Source of the DNA: Bacteroidales bacterium
GTDB taxonomy: Bacteria > Bacteroidota > Bacteroidia > Bacteroidales > JAIORY01
Direction: 5' to 3'
DNA length: 38,469 nucleotides
Assembly (NCBI GenBank): GCA_021107915.1
Contig: JAIORY010000219.1
Coordinates: forward strand, 1 to 38,469
The notes under the pieces were generated by a model, which worked only from the letters and a program-made list of their open reading frames with translations, made no database searches and had not been told where the DNA came from. Made by a program: the position numbers and the translations under genes. Every line of letters begins with the position of its first letter. Within the stretch, counting starts at the first letter, position 1. Positions 38,259 to 38,469 of the stretch are shown here, piece after piece.

Positions 38259-38469
38259 ATGACAATTTCGCATTTTAAAAAATCAGGATATTTATTGTTT
38301 CTGATTTTATTTCCATTTTCTTTTTGCTGTTCTCAAACAATATATGATCTGCCTTATCAACCTTATAGCGCAGTTTTTAATGATTATGACCTTGATGGTG
38401 ATAATGATATATTTATAAGTTGTCCTTCAAGTGATACAATCGTAATTTTACATAATACCGGATATGGAA
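38259..38469 (+). CDS. Secreted FG-GAP/VCBS-like repeat protein, N-terminal fragment (3' end outside window)
   Basis: ATG at 38259, signal peptide LLFLILFPFSFCCSQ, then the Ca-binding-like motif DYDLDGDNDIFIS. Open to the window end. Confidence 0.4.
   Translation, partial: MTISHFKKSGYLLFLILFPFSFCCSQTIYDLPYQPYSAVFNDYDLDGDNDIFISCPSSDTIVILHNTGYG

Overview
AT-rich (about 30% GC by eye) chromosomal segment, most likely from a Bacteroidota genome. The lineage call rests on a UpxY antiterminator, a T9SS-type C-terminal sorting domain, the DUF3098-uppP-truB-queA neighbourhood and TAnnTTTG -7 promoter boxes. Most of the window is housekeeping: ribF, two C69 dipeptidases, a wza/wzc capsule export pair, miaB, topA, ruvC, ispD, queA, truB, uppP, leuS and ftsX. 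Three things are not ordinary. (1) 117-4790 is a three-gene accessory island. It carries a fused XRE-HTH/ImmA-type Zn-peptidase, an AlbA_2/HATPase_c_4 protein, and a TIR-domain protein with an unassigned C-terminal domain. Each gene is preceded by a reused junction/promoter module, which makes this a candidate stress-gated TIR defence cassette. (2) leuS encodes 1197 aa, whereas I recall bacterial LeuRS being roughly 860-950 aa. It carries two in-frame DUF559 (Vsr-like PD-(D/E)xK endonuclease) modules with no intein hallmarks. One is intact and bracketed by GC-rich CCCTCCCC-N3-GGGGAGGG hairpins that are themselves translated. The other is degenerate. (3) Two four-helix-bundle (23S rRNA IVS protein/Avd-like) genes are each enclosed by about 20-bp inverted repeats. 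Those repeats sit inside copy-specific short-period tandem arrays of 7 nt and 10 nt. Several blocks of the same style carry no gene, and two further repeat families are present: a nested palindromic element at 10.4 and 22.3 kb, and a roughly 240-nt direct repeat on both sides of miaB. No rRNA gene, tRNA gene or CRISPR array was found. All domain calls come from motif recognition by eye, with no searches run.
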